Source: an uncultured Solirubrobacterales bacterium
GTDB taxonomy: Bacteria > Actinomycetota > Thermoleophilia > Solirubrobacterales > Solirubrobacteraceae
Direction: 5' to 3'
Assembly: GCA_963803475.1 (NCBI GenBank)
Contig: CAWDMR010000009.1
Span: forward strand, 3,697 to 67,696
Length of the DNA stretch: 64,000 nt
Part shown: piece after piece, positions 36,141 through 44,965 of the stretch
How the letters are laid out: each line of letters begins with the position of its first letter
Position numbering within the stretch: the first letter of the stretch is position 1
Notes under the pieces: generated by a model
Database searches by the model: none
Told to the model about the DNA's origin: nothing
What the model saw: only the letters and a program-made list of their open reading frames with translations
Made by a program: the position numbers and the translations under genes

Positions 36141-37406
36141 ATGGCGACCACGACCACCTCGGTAGCCGATATCTGCGCAGCGGCGAGGCGCGCCTCGCGC
36201 ACGCTCGCCACGATCGGCTCCGACGTCAAGAATGCGGCGCTGGCGGCGATCGCTGACGCCCTGCTCGAGCGGGCCCCGGAGATTCTCGAGGCCAACGCGC
36301 GCGACCTCGAGGCCGGCCGCGACAGCGGTCTGTCGGCCGCGCTGCTCGACCGCCTGGCGCTCGACCAGGCGCGCGTGGCCGCGATCGCGGCTGGAGTCCG
36401 GACGATCGCCGCGCTGCCTGATCCCGTCGGAGAGGTGATCGACGGATTCCGGCTCCCGAATGGCCTGGATGTGCGCAAGGTGCGCGTCCCGCTTGGGGTG
36501 ATCGCGGTGGTCTACGAGGCCCGGCCGAACGTCACGATCGATGCCTCGGCCCTGTGTCTGAAGTCGGGCAACGCGGTTGTGCTGCGGGGCTCGAGCTCGG
36601 CCGCGCACTCGGGTGCGGTGCTGGCCGGCGTGGCGGCTGATGCCGCCACGCGCGCCGGGCTGCCCGAGGGTGCGCTGTCGCTGGTGGCCGGCGGCGGACG
36701 CGAGGAGCTCGCTGAGCTCGCCACCCAGACCGGGGTGGTGGACCTGATCATCCCGCGCGGGGGGGAGGGTCTCAAGCACGCGCTCAAGGGCGTGGCCACG
36801 GTTCCGGTGATCTACGCGGCGTCCGGCAACTGTCACGTGTATGTCGATGCCGACGCAGACCTCGAGGCCGCCCAGGCGATCGTGCTCAACGCCAAGCTGC
36901 AGCGCCCGGGCGTGTGCAATGCCGCCGAGAAGCTGTTGGTGCACGCCGAGGTCGCCGAGCGCTTCCTGCCGGCGGCGCTGCAGGCGCTCAGCGTCGCGGG
37001 CGTGACGCTGCACGGAGACGAGCGCGCCCGGGCCGCGGCCGGGGAGGTGCCGATCGACGCCGCCACCGAGGAGGATTGGGACACCGAATACCTCGCTCTG
37101 GAGCTGGCCGTGGCGGTGGTCGACTCGACCGAGGATGCGATCGCGCACGTCAACGCGCACGGCAGCGGGCACTCCGAGGCGATCGTCACGGGCGACGTGG
37201 CCTCGGCGCGCGCGTTCCAGCTGGGCGTCGACGCGGCCTGTGTATACGTGAACGCCTCCACCCGGTTTACCGACGGGGGCGAATTCGGGATGGGCGCAGA
37301 GATCGGCAACTCCACCCAGAAGCTCCACGCTCGCGGACCGATCGGGCTCCGCGAGCTGTGCACGTTCAAGTACCTGATCGAGGGCGCTGGCCACATCCGT
37401 CCCTGA
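36141..37406 (+). CDS. proA: Glutamate-5-semialdehyde dehydrogenase
   Basis: VPLGVIAVVYEARPNVT, RPGVCNA, NASTRFTDGGEFG, KLHARGP. Confidence 0.98.
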   Translation: MATTTTSVADICAAARRASRTLATIGSDVKNAALAAIADALLERAPEILEANARDLEAGRDSGLSAALLDRLALDQARVAAIAAGVRTIAALPDPVGEVIDGFRLPNGLDVRKVRVPLGVIAVVYEARPNVTIDASALCLKSGNAVVLRGSSSAAHSGAVLAGVAADAATRAGLPEGALSLVAGGGREELAELATQTGVVDLIIPRGGEGLKHALKGVATVPVIYAASGNCHVYVDADADLEAAQAIVLNAKLQRPGVCNAAEKLLVHAEVAERFLPAALQALSVAGVTLHGDERARAAAGEVPIDAATEEDWDTEYLALELAVAVVDSTEDAIAHVNAHGSGHSEAIVTGDVASARAFQLGVDAACVYVNASTRFTDGGEFGMGAEIGNSTQKLHARGPIGLRELCTFKYLIEGAGHIRP

Positions 37407-37418
37407 CCGCTGACGCTC

Positions 37419-38027
37419 GTGCGCCTCGGAATCCTCGGCGGCACGTTCAATCCGCCCCATCTCGGCCACCTGGTGTGCGCGCAGGAGGCGTACGTCCACT
37501 TCCGGCTCGATCGGGTGATGCTGATTCCGGCCCGCGTCCCCCCGCACAAACCGGTGCCGGACGAACCGGGACCCGAGCACCGGCTCGAGCTGTGCCGGCT
37601 GGCCGCCCGAGGCGACCAGCGGATGGCGGTGTCGGGGGTCGAGGTCGGGCGCCGTGGCCCGTCGTATACGGTCGATACTCTTGAAGGACTGAACCACGGA
37701 GCGTCAGACACCGAGTTGTTCCTGATCCTGGGCGGTGACGTCGCGGCGGGTCTCCCTCGGTGGCATGAGCCGGAGCGGGTCGTGTCGCTGGCGTCGCTGG
37801 CGGTGGCCGAGCGACCGGGTACCGAACGCTCCGTGATCGAGCAGGCCCTGTCGGAGGTCAAGGGCGCGGACCGCGCGACGTTCTTCCCGATGCCGACGAT
37901 CGACATCTCCTCGAGCGCGATCAGACAGCGAGCGCGCAGCGGCGCGCCGATCCGGTACCTGGTGCCGGACGCGGTCGCCGATTACATTCGTGATCACGGA
38001 CTCTATGGGGGTATCGCCAACAGATGA
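37419..38027 (+). CDS. nadD: Nicotinate-nucleotide adenylyltransferase
   Basis: GGTFNPPHLGH, PPHK, SYTVDTL, ISSSAIR. Confidence 0.97.
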   Translation: MRLGILGGTFNPPHLGHLVCAQEAYVHFRLDRVMLIPARVPPHKPVPDEPGPEHRLELCRLAARGDQRMAVSGVEVGRRGPSYTVDTLEGLNHGASDTELFLILGGDVAAGLPRWHEPERVVSLASLAVAERPGTERSVIEQALSEVKGADRATFFPMPTIDISSSAIRQRARSGAPIRYLVPDAVADYIRDHGLYGGIANR

Positions 38028-38386
38028 CGCCGGAACAGATCGCAGGCGCAGTCGCCGAGTACGCCGCTGATCGCAAAGCGCTGGACATCGTCCAGCTCGA
38101 TCTGCGAGGGATCATCGGCTACACCGACTACTTCGTGATCTGCACCGGTCGCACCGACCGTCAGACCAAGGCGATTCACGACGCCATCCACGCCGGAATG
38201 AAATCGGAACACGGCCTGCTGCCGCGGCGAGTCGAGGGCGTGACTCAGGCCCACTGGATCCTGATGGACTACCTGGACGTCATCGTCCACGTGTTCACGC
38301 CGGAGACCCGCGACTACTACCGGCTGGAACAGCTGTGGGGCGAGGCGCCGCTGCTTGCAATGGGCGCGGGCGCCGGCTCGGGCTGA
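38024..38386 (+). CDS. rsfS: Ribosome silencing factor
   Basis: DYFVICTG, WILMDYLDVIVHVF, RDYYRLEQLW. Confidence 0.97.
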   Translation: MTPEQIAGAVAEYAADRKALDIVQLDLRGIIGYTDYFVICTGRTDRQTKAIHDAIHAGMKSEHGLLPRRVEGVTQAHWILMDYLDVIVHVFTPETRDYYRLEQLWGEAPLLAMGAGAGSG

Positions 38387-38399
38387 GCCAGCCTAACCC

Positions 38400-40019
38400 C
38401 TACAGCGCCGCCAGCAGCTTGGGCGCGACTTCCTTCTTGCGGCTCATCACGCCGGGCAGTTCAATCACGCTGTCCTGAGTCCGGGCGCCGAATACCCGCG
38501 CCACGGCGGCGGTGTCGCCCGCCACCAGCAGCTCGGTGCCCTTGGTCAGCACGTCGGTGACCATCAGCGCGTACAGCTGGAAGCCCTTGTCCGCCTGCGC
38601 GCGTCGCAGCGCGTCGAGCAGCTCGGGCTTGCGATCGAGCAGACCGGCGCCGACCACCTCGACCTGGGCGATGCAGATCACCTGCCCGCTCTGAACCTGG
38701 TAGCGCTTCGCGTCCCGCGCGATGATCTCGTCGGCGCTCAGGTTCGAGACGTCGGAGGTGGCCTCGAACATCTCGCGGCCGACCTGCGCCGCGTCGAGCG
38801 CCAGCACGCGCTCGAGGTACTCGATGACCGCATGGTCACGCTCGGTCGTGGTTGGGGAGTTGAGGATCACGGTGTCGGATAGGACCGCGCCCAGCAGCAT
38901 GCCCGCCGTCGGCCGGCTCGGCTCCATCCCGTTCTGGCGGAAGCGCTCCACCACTAGCGTCGCAGTCGAGCCGACCGGATCGAACGTCGCTGTCACGGGC
39001 ACGCGGGTCTCGATCGAGCCGATGTGGTGATGGTCGAGGATCTCAAGTATCTCCGCCTGCTCGACCCCAGCCACGCTCTGCCCCTGCTCGGCGTGATCGA
39101 CCAGCACCACCCGGCGCCGGGACGGGGCCACCAGGTCCGCCCGGGTCAGCAGTCCCACCGGCCGGCGCTGCGGATCGACGGCCACGGCGGCCCCGTAGTG
39201 GATCTCCTTGATCTGCTCGGAGACGTCCGCGACCAGGTACTCGGTGGTGACCGTCAGCGGGTCGTCCTCCATGAACGCGCGACATGGCGCCGCCAGGGTG
39301 ATCATGCGGCCAGACACGTAGCTGTCCAGCGGCGAGACGATCACCGCGGTCCCCCGCTCCTGGGCCAGGGCCAGAATTTCGGCGCTCGGACGTGAGTCGT
39401 TGGAGAGCACCAGCAACGCCGCGCCGAGGTCGATCGCCAGCCGCTGGGCATCCTCGCGGTTGCCCAACACGACCACGTCTCCGGTGGAGATCCCGCTCGG
39501 CGAGGCCGGGTCCATGGAGTGGACCCACACCCGGCCCTCCAGCAGGGCGTTGTCGCCGCTGACGAGCTGACCGTCCAGCGCGTCGACGATCGCCTGCACG
39601 CGGGTCGGGGCGTCCTCCAGGGTCGAGGTGTGGCGTGACTCGCGCACGTAGCGGCGAGCCAGCGAGCGCTCGGTGACCACTCCGACCAGGGCGCCGTCAT
39701 CGTCGACGATCGGCACCAGCTCCAGGTCGGCCCGCGCCATCGCCATCCCGGCCATGCGGATCGACTCGTCCTGCCCGGCGATCGGGAAGGCGGTCTGCAT
39801 CACGTCGCAGGCGCGGAGCATCACGTGCGGCAGGAATGTCGGCTCCTCGGCGCCGCTGCGTTCGAGCACCCACTCGGTCTGGGCGTTGCACTCGCCCAGA
39901 CGGACCGGGGTGTAGTCGTTATGGGGGTCGATGCGAGACTTCAGCTCGGCATAGCCAATCGCACTCGCGATCGAGTCCGTGTCGGGATTCCGGTGGCCGG
40001 TGACGTAGACCGTTGACAC
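38400..40019 (-). CDS. ppaC: Mn-dependent inorganic pyrophosphatase with CBS/DRTGG insertion
   Basis: GHRNPDTDS, LVDH, ILDHH, GSTAT, MSRKK. Confidence 0.95.
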   Translation of the reverse strand: MSTVYVTGHRNPDTDSIASAIGYAELKSRIDPHNDYTPVRLGECNAQTEWVLERSGAEEPTFLPHVMLRACDVMQTAFPIAGQDESIRMAGMAMARADLELVPIVDDDGALVGVVTERSLARRYVRESRHTSTLEDAPTRVQAIVDALDGQLVSGDNALLEGRVWVHSMDPASPSGISTGDVVVLGNREDAQRLAIDLGAALLVLSNDSRPSAEILALAQERGTAVIVSPLDSYVSGRMITLAAPCRAFMEDDPLTVTTEYLVADVSEQIKEIHYGAAVAVDPQRRPVGLLTRADLVAPSRRRVVLVDHAEQGQSVAGVEQAEILEILDHHHIGSIETRVPVTATFDPVGSTATLVVERFRQNGMEPSRPTAGMLLGAVLSDTVILNSPTTTERDHAVIEYLERVLALDAAQVGREMFEATSDVSNLSADEIIARDAKRYQVQSGQVICIAQVEVVGAGLLDRKPELLDALRRAQADKGFQLYALMVTDVLTKGTELLVAGDTAAVARVFGARTQDSVIELPGVMSRKKEVAPKLLAAL

Positions 40020-40122
40020 GCCAGCGCGATTATCGCGGGTGCGCCAGGGCGCGGTCGATCCGTTGCAACGGGACCGCGTTTGGGGTAGGGTGGCTTTCGG
40101 CGGAGCGAGAGAGGATTGTCAA

Positions 40123-41539
40123 GTGTTGCGACGATTTGGGACCGTGGTGTTGGCGGTGGGCGCGATCGTCGGAATCAGTGCGTGTGCGGGGATGACGACG
40201 GGTGCGACAAACATCTCCGGGGGTTCGGCGAAGCTCCATGCGACCGCCGGCTGTGAGGCGGGTGAGACGTGCACCTGGTACTTCGAGTATTGGCAGGCGA
40301 ACTAGCCGCGATACCTGAGCAGCAGAACGGCGGTGCAGGGTCCGGTGAACGGAGCGACCGGGAATCAGAACCTCTCGGCAATGGTCACCGGCCTGAGTCA
40401 CGGCACGACGTACCGCTGGGTCTTCTGCGGCTCGCCCAATGGAGGCGCGAGCTACGCCTGCGTCGGCCCGCACGGCACGCCCGGCTCGCCGACCGCCGAC
40501 CCTCCTCCTGACTACGCGACGTTTACCACCCGCCCGCAGCGGACGCTGGCGGAGCGCTGGAACGGCAAGGCTGGCACATCCAAGCCACGCGTCACCCGCC
40601 CGGCACGGTCTCGCTCTCGGCCGTGTCGTGCGTGTCGAGCAAGTCCTGCATGGCGGTCAACAGCGGGACCTCCGAGCACTGGAACGGGACGGCGTGGACA
40701 GTCGAGCCCTCGCAGGGAGGAGAGGCGGTGTCCTGCACCGCCGACAACGCGTGCACCGCTGTCGGAAGCGCAGGCACGCTGGCGGCCAGGTGGGACGGCA
40801 CGAGCTGGACCAACCAGGCCGTTCCCACCCCGAGTGGGGCTACGGCCATCGCCCTGACGAGCGTCTCGTGCGCGTCCGCCAGCGCGTGCGTGGCAGTGGG
40901 AACCTACGACAGCAGCGCCGTCAACGTGGTGCGTTAGCGGAGGCGTGGGACGGCACGAGCTGGAAGATGCTGCCGACACCGCCGGCGCCCAGCGGCGAGT
41001 TCTACGTCGTGCTGACGGGGTCTCATGCACATCTCTGACTGCGTGCACCGCGGTCGGCGAGGCCTTCGGCGAGCTGGCCTCGGGCCAGACCTTGGCGGAG
41101 CGCTGGGACGGCACGTCCTGGGCGATCCAGCCCACCCCCGCAGGCGACGGAATCCAGAGCGATAATCGGCGCGTGTCGTGTACCTCGGACACCGCCTGTA
41201 CCGCAGCTGGTGCGGTCCGCTGTCACAGAAAGCGGCGGCGCCGCGACGCTGGCGGAGAGCTGGGACGGCACGTCCTGGACGATCCAGCCCACCCCCAACC
41301 CAAGCGGCACGAACAACAGCGGCCTGTCGGGTGTGTCGTGCACATCGACGAGTGTATGCACCGCCGTCGGCTCTTACTCGAACCCATCAGACGAGTCAGA
41401 CGCTTAACTCTGCGGCGGAGCGCTGGGATGGCACCAGCTGGACGATCCAGACGACGCCCGACAACGGCTTGGCGACAGCGTGTTCAATGGCGTCTCGTGC
41501 CCGACGGCATCGATGTGTACGGCTGTCGGGTACCGGTGA
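40123..41539 (+). CDS. Putative lipoprotein with W-[DN]-G-x-x-W / VSC...C-AVG repeats (frameshifted; in-frame TAG 40303-40305)
   Basis: Lipobox-like ISAC; about seven AERWDGTSW-type repeats. Confidence 0.78.
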
Positions 41540-41678
41540 GCCGCTCGCAGAGGTAGGGCGATCGCGGATTCGGCCTGTCGCGGGCCGCGCAGAAACCTGG
41601 CGCGCGCTACCTTCCCGTCGTGAATTGGGGCGCGCCGGCCCGGCCTCCCCGACAAACACCGAGGAACGGAGACAGGAG

Positions 41679-42455
41679 ATGCCGTCCGCGCCACAGATCC
41701 TTCCGACCCAGATCCCGCAGGGCACAGCTCCGGGCCTGAACTACCGGCTCGAGGGCGAGCTCGTGCCGGTGCTGCACATGGCGCTCGACGGCCAGGTGCC
41801 GGTGTACTTCGAGCACCACGTGCTGTTGTGGAAATACCCCAACCTCCAGATCGGGCTGCACCCGCTCAAGAAGGGTCTGAAGCGGCGGATGTTCGGGGGC
41901 ATGCCGCTGCTGCTGCTGGAGGCTCAATCGGCGGGGGAGCTCGCGTTCAGCCGCGACGCGCCGGGGCACATCGCCGCGCTGCACCTCCAGCCCGGCGCCG
42001 GGATCGTGGTCCGCGAGCATCAGTTCCTGGCCGCGACCGCGAATGTTCAATACGACTACAGCCGGATCAAGGGCTTCGCCAACATGATGTACGGAGGCGG
42101 CTTCTGGGTGGACGAGTTCTTCGCCGCCGACCAGGAGGGCGTGGTCTGGGTCCACGGCTACGGCAACGTGTTCGAGAAGCAACTCGAGCCGGGGGAGACG
42201 ATCGACATCGAGCCCGGGGGCTGGGTATTCCGCGATCATTCAGTGTCGATGTCCCAGGAGGTGTACGGGTTCAAGACCGGACTTCTCGGTGGAGGCGGCA
42301 ACCTGGTGTTCAACCGCTTCACCGGCCCCGGGCGGGTCGGACTCCAGAGCGCCTACTTCCATCCGCCGGTGGCGGAGGGCAGCGGCGGCAACGCCCAGCG
42401 AGAAGGCGGTGGCGGCCTGATCGGCGGCATCGTCGGCGGCCTGCTCGACAACTGA
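41679..42455 (+). CDS. AIM24 family protein
   Basis: RBS aggag; VREHQFLAAT, VWVHGYGNVFE..L.PGE.IDIEPG, RFTGPGRVGLQS. Confidence 0.88.
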   Translation: MPSAPQILPTQIPQGTAPGLNYRLEGELVPVLHMALDGQVPVYFEHHVLLWKYPNLQIGLHPLKKGLKRRMFGGMPLLLLEAQSAGELAFSRDAPGHIAALHLQPGAGIVVREHQFLAATANVQYDYSRIKGFANMMYGGGFWVDEFFAADQEGVVWVHGYGNVFEKQLEPGETIDIEPGGWVFRDHSVSMSQEVYGFKTGLLGGGGNLVFNRFTGPGRVGLQSAYFHPPVAEGSGGNAQREGGGGLIGGIVGGLLDN

Positions 42456-42460
42456 GCTCA

Positions 42461-43093
42461 ATGGCGTTCGGATCAGGACATCTCGCCGAGCACCCGCTTC
42501 CGCCCGGAATCGTGGGCTCGCTGGCACTGGGCGGTTACCAGCTGCTGGTCGACATCGCCGGCGTCGGCGCCGGCCGGCTCGGGTCACAGGCGTTCCTGCT
42601 GGTGGCCCCCGATCCCGATCCGGCGCTCCCGGACGCCGGCACGCAGATCTCACTGCACCAGCCGCGCCTGCGCGACGAAGCCGAGATGGCCGGGTTCACC
42701 CAACTCGCCGCCCAGCTCGGATACATGCGATTGTCCGGCTACCGTCTCGCGCTCGAGCGCTCTGGCCTGCGCAGCAAGGTGAACTTGGTCAACCCGGCCA
42801 CCGGCGGCGTGGTGGTCACGATCCCGGACAAGCACCCCGGCCGGCTGTTCGGCGGCGGAGCAAGCGCCTCCAAGCTGGCCTCGACGATGCGGGCGCTGCC
42901 GCCTGCCGGACCGCCGCCGGACACCTCCGATCCAGAGCTGATGCGCCAGGTCCTGCTGGCGCTGGCCCTGCGCGACGAATCGCTCGGCGGCGTCGAGGCG
43001 GCGGAGCTCGCCGACCGGGCGCTGGAGCTCGCCGCCGGCAACCGCGGCCTCGATCCTCCCGCCGCGCTGGAGGCCGCCAAGAAGGCAGGGTAG
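42461..43093 (+). CDS. Hypothetical protein
   Basis: Open frame 5 nt after the AIM24 stop; GC3-rich codons. Confidence 0.65.
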   Translation: MAFGSGHLAEHPLPPGIVGSLALGGYQLLVDIAGVGAGRLGSQAFLLVAPDPDPALPDAGTQISLHQPRLRDEAEMAGFTQLAAQLGYMRLSGYRLALERSGLRSKVNLVNPATGGVVVTIPDKHPGRLFGGGASASKLASTMRALPPAGPPPDTSDPELMRQVLLALALRDESLGGVEAAELADRALELAAGNRGLDPPAALEAAKKAG

Positions 43094-43099
43094 GGCGTT

Positions 43100-43719
43100 T
43101 CAGGCGTCATACGGCCGGGCGAGGAAGTTGACGCGATCGCTCCGTTCGAACACGCCGACGAAGGCCGCCACTGAGTATGGTCCACCACCGTCGAAGTCGA
43201 AGATCGTGAGCCCGCCTTGGACGGTGAGCATCGGTGGACAGCCTCGGGCCGGGTTCCGTAATGGTCAGCCGAGCCCAGAGCGGCGTCCAGTGGTTCGGTC
43301 TTGACCTGGATCCGGCGGACGGTTTCGTTACCAGGGTACGGTCGCTCGCGAAACCCGCTCCAGCCCGGATTGCTCACCACATGCACGAACTGGGCTTCGC
43401 CCCGGCGGTCCGACAGAGCCCGCGCGCGCACGTCGACACCATGTGAGCTCTGCGGCGAGGTCGGGCAATGGCTCGTAGGCGAAGTGCCGGCCCCTCGGCG
43501 CCAACCTCGCGATGTCGCTGAGGAACGTGCCTTCGTGCGCTCCCACGCCGATGCAATTGGAGTCGGGGCCCAAAATGGCGCCGAGGATCGCGCGCAGATG
43601 GTCGGTGTCGGCTCGGTCGCGTCCGATCCAGGCAGGTTCGAAGGCGCGTTTGACCTGGCGCAACCGGGCCCAACCCCCAGGCGGAAGGCGAGGTCCTTCA
43701 GCCGCTCGCGGGTCGACGT
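43100..43719 (-). pseudogene. FkbM-family methyltransferase pseudogene
   Basis: NCIGVGAHEG, FAYEPLP, RALSD, PLDAAL, then a direct jump to SADHYG...IFDFDGGGPY; ACG at the expected start; frameshifts. Confidence 0.75.
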
Positions 43720-43730
43720 GGAGCCGGCGA

Positions 43731-43803
<73 letters not shown>

Positions 43804-43899
43804 TTCGAGATCGAAGTCCGGTACAAGGGTAATACACCCACGTGGGACGGGGCGGGAAGAAGGCGGCGCGGTTTCGACCGGGGCGGGGCCTGGCCGCGT

Positions 43900-44019
43900 G
43901 GCGTGCGAAACCCGCCCCATTGCGCGGCGGCGGCCTAGTGGGGCGGGTTATGCCTCGCCTGCGAGGCATAAGTCGCCCGGGAGGTGGCGGAAATCGCATC
44001 CGGGCGGGTTATTCACGCC
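43900..44019. repeat. Double inverted-repeat intergenic element
   Basis: aaacccgcccca-19nt-tggggcgggtta, central tgcctcgc/gcgaggca, taagtcgcccgg-19nt-ccgggcgggtta; outer ggcgtg/cacgcc. Confidence 0.75.
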
Positions 44020-44133
44020 CCACGAGGGCTGCCCGCCCCCAGACGGGCTGCCCGCCGGCCAAACCGGCCCCCCCGGTCTCCACTCCGTCACCGCTCCGAC
44101 CGCCGAACCGAGTCCGGACGAGCCAACCACGCG

Positions 44134-44829
44134 CTACCCCGGTGGAATGAACTCCGGCACGTCGAGCACCTCGCCGTCGGCTGCCGACTCGCGCTCGCGG
44201 CGATCGCGGACGGCCAGCTCGCGACGGTCCCCGGCCGGACGGGGCCCCAGGGCGCCTTCGATTCGGTCCACCTGGGCCAGCATGCGCGAGTGGATACTCT
44301 GCACGTCGCGCAACAGGCGCTCGGCATTGGCACGCAGGGAGTCGCCCATCTGACGCAGGTTGTCGACGATCTCGAGCCCCTCGGTGCGGACGTCGCTGGC
44401 CGCGGTGCGGGTGGCGCGCAGTAGCTCGCGAGCCCGCGCCTCGGCATCGGCAACCTCGCGCGCTGCCGTCTGCTTGGCCTCGGTGACCACGGAGTCGGCG
44501 TTCTCCTGCGCCCGCGCGACGATCGTCAATGCCTCGCTGGTGGCGTCGGACACGGCCTTCTCGGACTCGCCTTTGGCCGACTCCCGCACGCGGGTCGCCT
44601 CGTCGCTGGCCTCCTGCATGATCTCCGCCGCTTCCGCCTCGGCGGCGCGCACGCGGTTGTCGGCGGCGCGGTCGCCCTCGGCGATGCGCTCGCGGACTCG
44701 CTGCTCGGTCTGCTCGACCATCCGCTTGGCCGACTCCTCGGCGGCAGAGATGATCACGGCCACCTGGTCGGCGGCGGCCGCGGCGCTTCGGGTGCCGCGC
44801 CGGCCTGGCTGAGGGTCGTTTTCGGGCAC
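44134..44829 (-). CDS. Coiled-coil protein (DivIVA/ATP-synthase-b-like Ala/Glu repeats)
   Basis: EA..EA repeats; ends VPEFIPPG; TACCAT 6 nt before GTG. Confidence 0.75.
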   Translation of the reverse strand: MPENDPQPGRRGTRSAAAAADQVAVIISAAEESAKRMVEQTEQRVRERIAEGDRAADNRVRAAEAEAAEIMQEASDEATRVRESAKGESEKAVSDATSEALTIVARAQENADSVVTEAKQTAAREVADAEARARELLRATRTAASDVRTEGLEIVDNLRQMGDSLRANAERLLRDVQSIHSRMLAQVDRIEGALGPRPAGDRRELAVRDRRERESAADGEVLDVPEFIPPG

Positions 44830-44965
44830 GGGAGGATGGTAGAGCCGACACTGAGGCCGGACGCAAGAAACGCACCGCACAGCGCCTTGGCGGGGGCGCC
44901 GGCCGGCGGGCCGGGCAAACGCGGCGGAGTCGCGTGTGGGCGCCCCAAGTAACCTCCGGGCTGAG

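Noticed and set aside
43719-43730. Duplicated tRNA 3' end (att site)
   Set aside because: gccggctcca is only a short imperfect echo; no integrase or second att site was seen.
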